From: Phoronis australis
Lineage: Eukaryota > Animalia > Phoronida
Direction: 5' to 3'
Assembly: GCA_002633005.1 (NCBI GenBank)
Contig: NMRA01000292.1
Location: forward strand, 484,458-548,457
DNA: 64,000 nt
The notes under the pieces were generated by a model, which did not search any database, had not been told where the DNA came from, and was given only the letters and a program-made list of their open reading frames with translations. Shown here piece by piece: positions 13,270 through 26,900 of this stretch (the stretch's first letter is position 1; every line of letters begins with the position of its first letter). A program made the translations under genes and the position numbers.

Positions 13270-13460
13270 TGTGTTTGAGCTCCGGCCAACCCGTTTTAGG
13301 TCCGGCCAACCAGTTTTTGGGTGCGGCCATTTGGTTTTGGGGTACCGGCCAACCCGTTTTGAGGTCTGACCACCACGTTAGAACACCGGCCATTCGGTTA
13401 ATTTGCAGTCCAGCCAGCTGGTTTTGAAGTCGGGGCAAGTGGTTTTGAAGTCCAACCAAT
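13270..13460 (+). repeat. Degenerate ~21-bp minisatellite (GTCCGGCCAACCxGTTTTxAG-like)
   Basis: Repeated CCGGCCA...GTTTT units; ORF 13244-13582 is a periodic artefact of this array. Confidence 0.8.
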
Positions 13461-14649
13461 TGTTGATCCGCCCTTGTTGTTGCAGTCAGGTGTCCACATT
13501 GCACTCGAGCAACGGATACGACAAGAGTGACGTCGAATGAGCAGAAAATGGAAAATGTGCCATTTCTACGACGTCGTCTCACGCTGTTGCCTTACCACGT
13601 CCCCCAGATTACGATTTGACCGAGACAATTTCGTTTTCTTCTGTTAAACAATAATGGCATTCTCATTCATTTGGTAAGGCAAGGGAAGTTATGGTACGAC
13701 GTGTCACGTGTCGATTACAACGACATTTGCTTAAAAGGGTACCAAGCCCGTTTTGACCTATTAACACATATCAAAAATGATGTTTCCATCTAGTTCTTTG
13801 AAACAAAATAATACTCTGTAACCCTCAACAACTCTTAAATGTTTTGTGCAAAATTTGAAAAATACTTGCAAAATGTGCTAAACCGGGAAGGTGTGACCTA
13901 CGCCTTAGACGAGTTACGCGACAACTGTAGGGAAAAACCATCCACCAGGAACCAAAATATCGTATCTGTGACAAAGAAAATATGAGTTTTTATTTGAAAC
14001 CTGCTTTTATAACTCAAGTGGGACGCCAATAGTGTATTAGCAGGTGAAAGAACGTAAATTGGTTGAAATCCCGGAAACAGGGCTTTTAAAACAACTACTT
14101 AATCGGTTATCAAATGGTTATGATAGGTGCGAAACATTAGATTTGATCTTCATTTGTGTGCACGGTATAACCTCGCAATTGAGTGTATGTGGAACATATG
14201 AGTAAGACTACGTTCATGCCTAAAGCATTTCTTAAAAAGAAAGCTAAGAGTTTATACTATATTTTTAGTATTTAACAACTACTCTAACTTTTTCATTTCA
14301 CTCAGTGTCGCGTCACTCGCTGTGTGAAGTAAAATGGATAGGTAGCGTATTTAACATAAAAGGTGCGCATGTAATTGCATGCACCCAATTGTGGAACGTA
14401 GACGCCTGCGCCCAAGTGCAGGGCATTTGAGTGGAAAACCTTGAGGAAAACCACATTGTTCCGCATAGAGGTGCATGCTCTTGTTTGCGGGGTTATGCAG
14501 TAACTAATCTTTCGCATGGCGTTACAGGGACTGCCGTGTGCAGCCTGTGTGGACGGCTTTCTGCTTATGCATTTTTGACATAAGGGACCGTTCACAATCA
14601 TCGCCATCTTCACGAGCGTACAGATCTTACTTCGCAAGTTTAGACTTAA

Positions 14650-16116
14650 AGGCGAAGGCAACCTTTTTTCATGTCATTTTTAGCAAAAATAAGGTTCGTT
14701 GGTTAACCCAGACATATCTTATACTTAATTGTTATTAATATTAATTACTCGTCCTCTACTCCGGAAGTGACGTTTTGGGAGGCAAGAATTTCGCGCCAAT
14801 TTGGCTCTGCGTTGAGTTTAGTGTGAGGATTTGTACTACTTTTGTTTTCGGGCTGTTCTTCTAAAATTGTCGTCACCACTACCCATCGACGAGTTTTCTA
14901 CGACAAACTAGGTTGTTAGGGAACCCAATTACGTTGTATTAATCTGAAAATGACTGGAGTCCGCGGCCCACATCACATTGACAGTAGTGACGTGAGTAAC
15001 GGAGACATTGTTCATATAGCAGTGGTGACGAGGAATTTTTTCACAGACAGTTAGTGGGTGGGTATACTTTGTATGTTTGAGCCCGAGTATAATGAGGCTG
15101 AGTATGCACAGGCACAACTGTACTTGCCCCAGTGTCTCGCGACACACTCCCACTGAATGGTGACCTGAGCACCCAAAATGCTTACATCCCGCAGTGTGAC
15201 TCCCTCGCTACACACCAGGCACTTTCTAAATAGCTCCAATACTTTAGACAAGTCCACAATAAACCTATCAAAGTTTGGCTCGCCGACATGTTTGTTGGAC
15301 GACGAACTTTCCTCTTCACTGGGTGTCGAACTGGGCCTGTATTCACTCCCACAACTCAGCATCGCTGCAGGGCTGCTCACAGGCTCTGTGTTAGAAACAA
15401 CAGCACAGGGCGAATCACTGCTAGTTCCCAGAATTGCACGCTCTGTACCTTCGGAGGCACGGGTGACAGTAGATGAAGTGCCTCAGTTACTGTAGTGGCC
15501 ATAAATCGCGAGGCTTCTCGCTTCGATAACGCACTTCTCGGGGGTGGCGGCGGAGCACCGCCGGGAATCAACAGCTACGGTATCGCACCCTTCTTCAGGC
15601 TTTGTTTCGCAGAGACCTTTATCAATTCAGCGTACATATACCTCTCGTAATCTGACGGCAGAAAATGCTTGCCATACACTGCTTTGAACGTTGCGTTGAC
15701 GGGTAACGCTGCATTCTTCACACGAGCGAGCCAAGTTCGGCAAAGTGTGTCATCCTTTGGAAAGCGATGCAAAGCCTGGTATTCCCAAAGCGCGCGTGAG
15801 ACGATAATGAGTACTTCCCGGTACGCAGCAACAGAGTGGCATGTTGTCTGACTTTGTAAACAAAAGCAAACGACGTCGGACCGAACTTATCACAACCGAG
15901 GTAGAACGATGACTGACTCGACAGCTCTCACAGTCAGACTACATGAAAAGAAATTGGCGCGAAATTCTTGCCTCCTAAAACGTCACTTCCGGAGTAGAGC
16001 ACGAGTAATTAATTAATTAAATTACGAAAAGCTGTAATTAAGTGAAAAATATGTCTGGGATAACCAACGAACCTTATTTTTGCTAAAAATGACATGAAAA
16101 AAGGTTGCCTTCGCCT
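14650..16116 (-). mobile_element. Kolobok-like DNA transposon deletion derivative (TTAA TSD, ~160-bp TIRs, THAP + Zn-finger remnant)
   Basis: TTAA|AGGCGAAGGCAACC... and ...GGTTGCCTTCGCCT|TTAA; TIRs at ~14650-14803 and ~15951-16116. The minus strand encodes a frameshifted THAP (MPLCCCVPG../LHRFPKDDTLCRTWL..GKHFLPSDY..LKKGAIP) and FIVDLSKVLELFRKCLVC..G..VTIQWEC..H, resembling the Kolobok transposase N-terminus. No DDE core. Confidence 0.85.
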
Positions 16117-16581
16117 TTAAGATATACATGGTGTCCAAAACTCAAAACCCTGGAGATAGTTCCCCTTCATAAAGCTTCGTAAGTTAGCACTTATAATTTT
16201 ATAGATAGTTCTGTCATGTTAATCAAGCTAATTCTAGCCAATCAGGTCAGGGTAGCATGTACAGCGAGAGTCATCTCAGACCCACAAACATTTGTTGTGA
16301 AAGAAAACGTTATATACAGAACGAACGAGGAAGTGTCGGTCTCTGATAAAAACGTATAGCATAGACTTCACGATTAGATGGTTATACGCCTACATAAACC
16401 GTAGACTACCGTAATTATAAAGTATCTGTGAGTAAATAAGCACAAAGTGAAAGCTATTCAACTTCACGTTTCGCAAATACTCAACATTTTATTTCATTTA
16501 ATAGTAGCTAATGTGAATTAACAATTCAACGTGGAACTATATCGGAACACGATTTGCGGAAACGTCATCCAAGATACTTAA

Positions 16582-18210
16582 AGGAGAATGCCTCCCTATT
16601 TAATTAGTCTTTTTTACCGTCTTAATCGGTCTATATCCACATCGCCTCTTACACGGTCGACCTCACCTTGCCGGGAGGTGTCGCGTTAACCTGCGATGAA
16701 GGTGAGAAACGACGCAGCGACGTCAGTGGTTCGTCTGGAGAGTGAATGCCACTATATTGCGGTACCTCGTTCCCGCTTGTCCGAACTATGAAGCTGTGAA
16801 GAAAGCGGGTATATCGTTTTCTGGACTTCCTCGAGGGCCCGAAATGCTTAGGAAGTGGCTCGCGGTAGTGAAAAATGAAAGGTAGGCTGTTAATAGCAAG
16901 TATGATACCGTGAAACATCTCCGTGTCTGTGGCCAGCATTTCGTCGACAGTAATTTCTCTGACAAATGCCGGCTTACCAAAGAACTATCCATACGTTCCG
17001 TTGCCTGCGCATGTTCACGGCGCCTCTCTAGTATTCCTTGTATTACGGTTCGAACTGATAGCCTGTGAAACCTAACGATCCGACCCGTGAAGTCTTCGTC
17101 GCCTGAGCGAGTTGCCATGTAGACGTTTATTATTCTGCGTTCTGTTTCAAAATGAATTATTCTCATCCTAGCCAATGCTTACATGAAACTGAAACAAAGT
17201 CTGTCTCATTAGATACAATTTGTAATGCCTTGGAGTGCTCGTGAGTGCAAATGTTTTGAGAAGCCAGCAATGGATAAACCACTGCGTTACCGGCTTTTGA
17301 GGCCGCCAACAAAGGTAATTGACCGGGCACCGAGGCCGTGTGAGCGCATGCTAATTCAGTGTTTGTTGACAGAAAGCTGTTGTGAAACAATTACTCGATT
17401 TTATATGCTATGGTCACATGTTAGGGAAATCTTTATTTAGAAATACAAATACATTATTCAAATCATTGTTATTGTAAACTTTTGCCCTGGAACAGGCGGG
17501 GAACCCCGGCGACATCGCGGCCCCCGACAAGTAAGTAGATTTTCAGTTTCGTGGCTAATTCATAAATAATTACGTGCACATTATTTCTTTGGCTCACTAT
17601 TATAGTCTTTTCGTGACTGGAGTTTTAGTTTCCAACTCAAGCTGGTTTATGTTTGTGCCAGTCCCAGCGGCTGCGACGGGCCTGATCGGGTTCCGAGCCA
17701 CTGGCCGAGATAAGAAGCGTTTCGAGTGTTTAGAACTCAAAAAATCACAAGTATAACAACACAGATGTACGTTCTCCTGTCTGTATTTCATGGAAAAATG
17801 CTTCGAATTTATCTCCGAACAGAATCCAGATTCCTTAGTGCTACGATCCTTGGTAAATTGGCCTAGTGCCGAACTTTGTAGGCTGCGGTGTTTCCAAATA
17901 CAAGTAAATCCGTAACAGCGAAATAAAACAACACGTTTTTATAAGAACTTGGTGTATTTTTAAGGGTTTTATATCGAAGTTTGATGATTTATTGGTGTTA
18001 AACGATGAATTCAAGCGATAAGCTGATACCAGTAACCCGTGTTGTGAACTGCTGAACAGAGTGCGGGTGAAACCAATTACGTCATTGGATAATTTCAAAA
18101 CCTCCGTCTGCCGTCAGGTGTCAGGTAACACAACTGAACGTGCTGTTGTCGAGTAGAACTACTCCATCTAAATTGATACAAAATAGGTTGTTTTTGGGTA
18201 GCATTCTCCT
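16582..18210 (-). mobile_element. TTAA-flanked MITE family B, copy 1 (Kolobok-like termini AGGAGAATGC)
   Basis: TTAA|AGGAGAATGCCTCCC ... GGGTAGCATTCTCCT|TTAA. Aligns in reverse complement along its length with 27922-29883. Confidence 0.9.
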
Positions 18211-19050
18211 TTAACACCAGACCATCACTGTGCACTACAAAAAATCAAATGCAATTGTGTGGAAGTAATTGTTCCATTATTTTTTACCGGTACACTTGCA
18301 AAGGACTTCTACCATATTGGCTTTGCACTTGTGGAACTTAGCAACGGTAACTACGGTAGGTTTCCTTTCGTCATAAGGGACCGCTCTCTGAGGGACAATG
18401 GTCACACTTTTCTTGTTTGAAATGGAGCACCATATCATATTAAGTTCCCCTCTCGGAGGGTTCCCATTTGAAGGGAACCCGAGGTGGAGGGAACCCGAGG
18501 CTAACTGCGTTTTACCATCCTGTAAATCTGGAACCGTCAATTGACCTTGGAAAGTTACTAAAATGCCAAAATGGCAGAGAAAATCTCAAAATATTTTTAT
18601 GTAAACCACTTCAGCATTGCGGCCTGCGCCCCAAACAACCAAACGGTACTAAAAACAAATCCAATAAATCAGCATTTACCTGATGGAAGTTTTAAGAACT
18701 TGAAGACCGTTGTTTGTGAATTATACACACAAAGGCAATATTTCTGATGGTTTTATTATGATAAAAATCTTCGTTGAAAATGTGACGGGACGTTCGTAAC
18801 TTTACTCTTATTGTTATTCTTAATTAGTTGCAAATGTTCAGTTATTCTTATGCTAATGCCTTTGTTACGTGGGCATGTGGGTGCGACCGTATGTGTCGGG
18901 CACTTCGCTAGCGACAGGCTTAGGAGAAGGGTGTTTCCTTCCTTTGCTTTCATGAAAGTTGATCGTTATCATGTGCAATTGAACTGAAACGTATGCCTGA
19001 TGAGAGGAAATACATATTTTTGATGTTCAGTGGAGACTTGCTCTGTTACA

Positions 19051-19169
19051 AAAACACGATTAAACTTTTTGTTTGAAAGCTTGATACAGAGTCGCTCGTA
19101 TGTCTCGATTTCATGACACTTCAAGTTACTCTGTATCAAGCTTTCAAACAAAAAGTTTAATCGTGTTTT
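19051..19169. repeat. Perfect 42-bp inverted repeat with 35-nt spacer
   Basis: AAAACACGATTAAACTTTTTGTTTGAAAGCTTGATACAGAGT (19051-19092) and its exact reverse complement (19128-19169). Confidence 0.95.
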
Positions 19170-20572
19170 CAACGAAGTTTGTGTTAACAAAGAGCTGCTA
19201 CCGAACTATACTAATGACAAAAATATCGACATTTTGCCCAAACATTTTTTAAGATTTGGGTAAAATGTCGATATTGAAGACCGTTGCTAGAACCACATTA
19301 TTTATGAAGAGGGAGAGTTCATGTGATACTCGCTGTGTAGATCAAACCGGAGGGGTTGGATCATTTTAGTTTTCGACAAGGTATTCCTCGAAAAAATCGG
19401 TTATGGCTGATAAAAATAGAACCGATTGACGGCTTTGCGTGAAGCCCTATCCCTGGTTACACTGAACTGCACAACTATTCGATCGCGCGATTGGTCTACG
19501 ACATGGTATAGGCAAAATCAGTCTCTAGTCTGTCTCCACGAAATTTCTTTGATTTTGAAGTGGTTGTAGAAACACTCTGCTCGTAGATTGAGTACATTCT
19601 TAAGCGACAAACAGTAACTGTTTGCGACCTTTGGCGTTTCATAATACTGGACTACTTCACGATCAGGCTTTAAAGTTCCAGCATGAGTTAGAATGGCAAA
19701 GCATCGTAATACCAAAAGTCTCTAGTTACTTTCCACCCCTGGTATTCCAAAGAACTGACAGTTCGTTGTACCTCAGTCGAGACCATGCTTGTTGAATTTT
19801 AATTTTAAAAAAGTTACGCCGTGACAAGTCAACTTGAAGAGTTCGGCTTCAATCAATAATGAGCAACCAGTTCTTTTCAAGACCAAAATCCGCCCATAAA
19901 CCTTGACTAAGGAACAATTTGAGGCTGATTTTATTACGAAATCGGTCTAAACAAAACTTGTTTTTGTGACGGAAGGCGGTTTCTTTAATTGCTCTAACAG
20001 CATTCCTCACAATCTCGTGACATATCATGAGAAATACGTATTGAAAAAATTTTTGCTGAGCCCTGTATATTTTGGAGGACTGGTCTCGTATACTTTTCAG
20101 TCCTGCTGTGGGAATTTTTTTACCAAATTTGATTCACGCACTCGCACAGTGCGCATTCCGTGATTAGGGTTGAATTAGGTCAGTCGTCTTGGATAGCATA
20201 AATAAAATGAACATGATGTCTTGCATTTATGTTATGGGCCCGACTTTTGAGGCCTGCGCACGTTCGATGCTATTAAGGTATTAGACTCCCTGCATAATTT
20301 TTATGTCTCGGTTTTCATGACACTTGCGCCCTCTTTTGACAACGATGCAAAAAGGGGTCTTGTTTTTTGCTGTCCGATGTGATTAATCGAAGGCCTCAGG
20401 TGGTCCTCATGGCTGTTATATCTAACAATTGCCGTCACCAAGGAAAGTGATTGACTTCGCCAGGTGGTTTCAGTTTTTGAATCAAATGACGTAAACTTTT
20501 CATATCCTTACTGATGAGCAAATTGTGACGTTTGTGCCTATTTTTTCTTCACGTATTCTATAAAGTTTATAA

Positions 20573-20929
20573 ATGGATTGTGAGACAAAACGGAAAAGCA
20601 AAGGTGATTGTGAACTAAAATTTCCAAGAATCTCGACACACCCTTTAAGGGGAAACACATCTCCTGTTATCAAAGTTGTTGAAAATGAAATATCATTTCC
20701 TAAAGTGCCTGATTGGTCATCGTCACGAGAATTTCAAGTGGGCAACAACCAATCAAAGACACGAGTGTGGAAAAGTAGACACAAACGCAAACGCGTTGCT
20801 CTATTGCAGTGCGATCATGAACAAGCAGCCGGGAGACGGCGCTCATTGCGTCGAGCGTCAGCGCGCACTGTTGATGCGGCCGTCCAAGTAAAAGCCCCTG
20901 AAGAAGGGAAGGACGAAAGAAAACTGAAG
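20573..20929 (+). CDS. CNBD-like gene, exon 1 (putative, low-complexity N-terminus)
   Basis: Open frame from ATG 20573 to AAG|gtataa; phase 0 fits the next exon. No conserved motif. Confidence 0.55.
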
Positions 20930-23900
20930 GTATAAACTCACAGGCTTTTCGCTTCAAGTTTCGCTAATTCAAGATGGACAATCTTTTTCTCTCACACATC
21001 GCACACCTGTTCTCACTAATAGGATTCTATTTGCAAGAGTATAAATCTCTTCAGACAAATTTATTTCCTTCCTTTCTCACCATGATTCTTTTCTTACTAA
21101 CGCATTGTGGTTTTCTCCGACTACGCTTCTTTTCCCACGAGCAATTTTAGGAGAAATATAACACTGTAAGTGTGGCAGACAAAATTTGTCTCTTTTGTAG
21201 GTAAATGTCTTTGTTCGATGACCAACGTGTTTTGAAAACTTAAATGAAGAAACGCAATTCGATTTTTAGCAGATAGACATGTAGGTCCTGGAAATCGCTC
21301 GTAAGTTCGTGTGTGTGTTGGGGAGTATTATTGAGTCAAACTCTTCATCACTAAAATGACAACTGGCACCGATTCTATTCTCGTGCCATAATGCCTTCCT
21401 TGTTCAACAAATCGGAGTAGTACCTGATACGAAAGCTGTCGAAACCCTTCGCTCTTTGCGCGTTAAGTTACAACTGATGCATGATTCAGACCCCAGAGCG
21501 ACTTGTTTCCAATCCCAGATCTGACATTGTGCTGACTTCTAAACGTGTTCAACCACTGTAAATGTTCTTTGTAGTAAATGTTTTCATCTATAACTGTCCT
21601 CGTTCACTGACAGCACTTTACTGGAGTTCCTATATCCAATACACCATTCTCATGGCGTCAATTTCTAACATCCTATGATATTTCATAGTAGTCTAACACC
21701 AGGCAAAGATTTTCCATTTCAACCTGTGCCAAAATTGAATTACACCAAACCATCGCCTGAAGCATCCCGTCCATGTCCCTACCACCACTGAATGGGGCGC
21801 TGTCGTAGTGGCAGCCCATAAAGTTTTTTGGGCTCTGCGATAAACTACATTAATATTATTGAGTCACTGAGTCAGGTGGACCAATATTTGAGAAGTACAT
21901 TTCAATAATGGTTGAACCGAAGCATCGAACGGTGTATTAGAAAGTCTGCTGTATGATATTCCACCGAACACCGTACTTCGCCAACGAATTAGCAGATTTA
22001 GTGTGTTGATTAGTTAAAATTTAGTTGATTACATGTTTGATATTGTTTCACACTTCACTAATTTTTGCCAGACGTGAGGAAGATGACTTTTGGGCCGAAA
22101 TTGTTGATATTTTCTGAAATTATTTCGACAGTTCTTCTGTTTTGTTAGCTTTTGCTTCATTGGGCTTCGTAACTATCAAAGGTAAAGTTTTGACTACAAA
22201 ATTGTCTTCCACGGTCTTTCTCTTGTAGCCCCGTGTCTGTAAATAGATATTTACAGACAGCTTACGCGTCTGGTACTAACGAATGAAGTCGGATTTAGAT
22301 GTTGTTTCTACCGCGGGTACCAGAGTACAATCGAAAGATTTTCCGATCATACCCCACCTACCTGATCACATCTTTACAACACGTTCATGCATGGCCTAAC
22401 TGAACCACATTATCTTTCCGTTAGACAAGGATATGGACACGACTAACAATGCGCAAAGTGGTAGGGGTTCTCCACCCTCGGAATTTTCCACACACTGATC
22501 GTACTAAAGGTAAGTCATCTGGGTTGACGTACCTAAGATTCTCGCCGTCCGGGGCGGTGGACAAAGGTGTTCCCCGCCCCGCCATCTTTGATGTACCATT
22601 CATATCTCTCGAATTACTTGACAATGCCTGGGGTTCTTTGGCTTGATCCTTATGTTAACCGACGTGTTTATTTTTCATACTTCCACGCTTATTCATGGTC
22701 AAAGTCACGGGATAATTTCTAAATCACTGCTAACAGTCAGAACACGGTATGTATGTGCAAGTTTTGTAAGAAATTGTCATTCTTTTTGGATGTGTTGTAC
22801 TGGAGCCTAACCTAGTGTTCCACCACCCACGTAAGCACGTGTTGCGCGTGCTCAAAACGCTACATAATTTCCACGAAAAGGAGGTGTTATTTCAATTACA
22901 AATTGTTTAAGGCAATGACTAAGCGGTAAAATTCCTAGATCAGGATCGAAAAAGTATCTCAAAATGATCATTTGGACAAAGAATTCGATTGAGTTCTTAT
23001 GAAACTTGAACATATATGCTGTGGTTTGAGTATTATGCGCGTTTTTGAGGAGAAGATTGTGGTGATTGGGAAATTATAACGTTACCTTGAACTTGTATAA
23101 CCTTGAAATTATCAAAAATAAATTGGGCACCCTGGTTAACTCAAGAATTGATCCAGAGAACATGAGATTCCTTCAAGTGGTTCGAGGGATATAAATAATT
23201 AAACTTGCAATTTGGTGTTACGCTCCCACTTGACAATTGCTGAGCAAAATCTCAGTCTTTTGCTCAAGTGAGATTTGATTGTTTTTGAGACATAATTATG
23301 GGAGCGTAAACCAAATTTCTGACTAAAGTCTTAATTCTCTTTTTACCAAACGAATCCCTGGACTAAACCCCCAAGTGGTTGAAACCTCTTTCCAATACAA
23401 AGCCGCAGTTGCAAAATAAGCGCCATATTCGCAAGTAAATAATAGAAATTGCCATTCACACAAATAGCATATGATACACAAACGAAAACTTGATCACCGA
23501 TTTGGTCCACGTTTACGTGTTTGCAAATCTGAAGTGTTTTGAACCACACTTCTGCCTGGGGTCCTCCTGTAATTAAATTATTTACTCTTACCTTATATTA
23601 AAGTGCTTAAAATTACCAATTTCATATAACAAACACAAAAAAGAACCCCACCAGACAACCAGTTGCCAAATTAGAACACCCACAAACACTGTCTGATGAT
23701 ATGTTAATGAGGTGGTCTCGAGTTACGAGTATTTATTGGTCGAAACATACTACGGGAAATGGGGACAACCAATCACAGCACTAGTCTTCCTTAATTGTGT
23801 TTGGTGTAATTAGTCGTCACAAATTGCTGCTCTTTTTTCCGTGAACGTGGTATAGTAAAAATGGTGAGGCGTTGAGTTTGTGGTCGTTGTGACAACTCAG

Positions 23901-26900
23901 TATTTGTCCACGATGTAACTTCTTTAGCTTTCCCGCGAGTTATCGGAAAAGCGCGAATATGGCACAAGCTTTTACAAAAAAGCACGCATGATGGTGGACA
24001 TGACACATAGGCGCTGGGTGCGTTCATAAGTCACACTTCTGCTCATGGCGCTGAAAAACTTTCCCTTAAAGTCGTTTTTCTTCTATTTCCCGTTTTTGAT
24101 ATATGGAATTCATAGTTGTCCTTGATATGCAATATTATGTCTGAAGGTATAATGATGCTGACAATGCAGTCGTTTGTCAAAACACTAAGTGGTGATTTTA
24201 AGCACTTTACAGTCCAACACAGCTTAGAAAGATGTCGCTGGCTGGGTTTTTAAACTACTTTGCTCTGTGGGGGTTCGCTTGACCTAAAGTAACTCACCAG
24301 TTACAGGTCAGTCTTGGCTTAATGTCAATTCTCAAACATTGTATACAATCTAAGAGTGAAGTTCTCTGTGCACAACTGACAAAGTTGACTTCCTTAAGAT
24401 AATTTCTGCAAATTAAGGAAACAGTTTGAAATGAAGTGAGTTGCTGAAGCAGACAGGTCTGTATCAGTTGTCCAAATAACTACAAGACCCGACACCAGGC
24501 GCCTTAAAGTTAACAATGGAAGCTGCATGATAGCTGACCGACACTGCCCCAAGAGGGCGCACGTTATTTTTTTGTGCACCATTACGATACTGTGTTCTAA
24601 GTCAGGGACCTATTATGTAAAGAGTGCATGCCAAACTGCCCCCCAACAGTCGTCTCTGTTTCCTACTCCCCAACAAATGAGAAGCCGCACATAAAAGCGA
24701 ATTGAGCGCAACCCGTGCAAGGATCTATTTGACTACAAGGGGGCCTTCGATCAGGGAAAGCCTACTTTCTGGATAATCCGGCACTGGTAGCACAAAGAAC
24801 TCCACTCTTAAATGTTGGATCAAGCCGAATGAACTTATTTGGTGAAACTTTACAAAATCTGTTTCACGGTCAGGATTCGAGGCTAAAGTCGGCGGCGAAA
24901 TTATAACATTTGATGTGAACGAATACAAGCGTCGTGGTCATTCGGGCAACCCGCTCAGCATGCTACGTCGTAGCACTTGTATACTGCTACTGAAGTTTCC
25001 AGAACGAAGGACACTTGAGGACATTAGGAACATACACGTAGGCATTGTTAAAAGTGTTATAAACCGACCTTCCGTCAAAAACAAATGATTTAGAATACGT
25101 AGTCGTCATGGAAATGGTCTTATCTTATTCCTTAAAAAGTTCCTACAACGGCTTTTTGCACTTTTTGAGGCTTTAGATGGTGTAAAATAAATTTTCATAT
25201 GAAATCCAACAAAAGAAACACTTATTTTAGGAAATAAATGAGGAATTGTGAATTTGAAAAATGATGATTTTTGGTTTTCCGCCACGTGATGTCATCAGTG
25301 GAAGGCGTTGATCAGTTGACTGCATTTATGGAATAGCGGATTGTAGTAAAACTAGAAAAACTAAAACGACGAGCGTCGGATAGTAGTGATTTTGTAAGAT
25401 ACGATGACTTAAAGAGCGAGCTTGGCGAGTATTATGAAGATATGTATGGAGATGGGGATGAAAAGGACACCCAAGGCAAAGGTATAATAGAAAATGAGAG
25501 CTTGCCATAGCGACAGATTTTGCGTGTTTGAGGCCGTACTAACTCGACAGTTCCGCACCGGCGTCTTCGGCGGAGCCTACTCCGCCTGTTTATGGTGTCA
25601 GTTGGCACAAATCAACTAGGTTGTCTACGTGTGCATTTATAGAACTTCTTGCTGTTGAGCTGTCCCGTGCCTGAGGAAATTTGGATTTCGTGAATGTGAC
25701 TTCTTAAAATCATAATTATGATCTGTTTAACATTCGATCTATCCCTTCAAGACTAGAACACGATCGGATTTTTATCAGGTCTCGCGACTTTAATCGGCGA
25801 CTACTTGTGTCAATTCAACAAGTACGCACCATGCGATTTTTCGTCGTGACCGAACAAACATATCTAATACTAGCTGTATACGAAACGATTTTTTATCGCC
25901 GATATTGCACAATTGTCTTTACTTAAGTTAGAGTTGATTTCTTGGCTGGGAAAGAAATGTTGTTCGTTAAATTAATTCTGTGGTTCCAGGTGGGTGGTCT
26001 TTCTCCACATTTTTGTAATCTCACCTTAGGTTAGTCACGCTTGCAAGTTTAGCACCTCATAAGGAGTGGTTTTTGATATCTGCCCCAAACATTTAGAGTT
26101 GACGAGACTTTCAGAGAACTAGATGGGAGAGTCGCTGCTGATAACAGATAAGGCCAAAATCGGGCTTAGTGTCCTTTTAAATGTATCACACGTGTTCTTA
26201 AATGTTGAGTCATTATTGGGTATGACTTTTAACCGATTTCTCGCCTTGGTGTTAGGGAAGTAACAATTCCGTCCCAGATAAATCTACGTGTGGTTTTAAG
26301 GCGTAAAAATGAAAACAAGGAAATATTTTGAGTACTAAATATACTGATACACAGTACGTTGTGTTCAACCAATTAAACCTGCTCAGACAACACGGAAATT
26401 GATAAAACACCTATTCTTATATTTAAAAAGAGGATCAGTTACTCTTAGATATTTAAAGACCTGTGTTCCCATGTCTACTGTTAGAGAGGAGAATATTGCG
26501 CCAGGAAATAGTCGGAAAACGTAACGTTTGAGCATTTAGTATTCTAGGGAAGTTGAAACAAAATTTGACAAAATTCACATCCACTTTAGAGGTCTAAAAT
26601 AGTCTACGAGACGAGAACGAGTTTGGTGTGACAGAGTCCTACACCAAGGTAATTCTCATTAAGTTCAAACCCTTCCAAAGTTGTGAAACGGGTTGTAAAA
26701 GACGGAAACGGGAAATTGTGGCCACAAACATGCATCAAATGCAATTCTCTCCATGGGTTCCCACTCAAGTTGCCTGTTACTATTGTCTCCAGCGTTATTA
26801 AGTCACCACTCAATTTTATGCTGTTGTCAAAATTCTTGAGACCGCAGTGAGAACTATATTAATGTTTCTCAACTGTGGCCAATACATGGAATGAATACTA

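Noticed and set aside
16220-16490. Old repeat next to both full family-B MITEs (also ~30130-30410), suggesting a composite element
   Set aside because: Its orientation relative to the MITE differs between the two loci and it lies outside the TTAA boundaries, so the adjacency is treated as coincidental.
16649-17175. ORFs 16649-16939 and 16786-17175, and the similar ORF 29533-29829, as a conserved small gene
   Set aside because: They lie inside MITE family B. The similarity reflects DNA repeat homology, the copies differ by indels, and no domain is recognisable.
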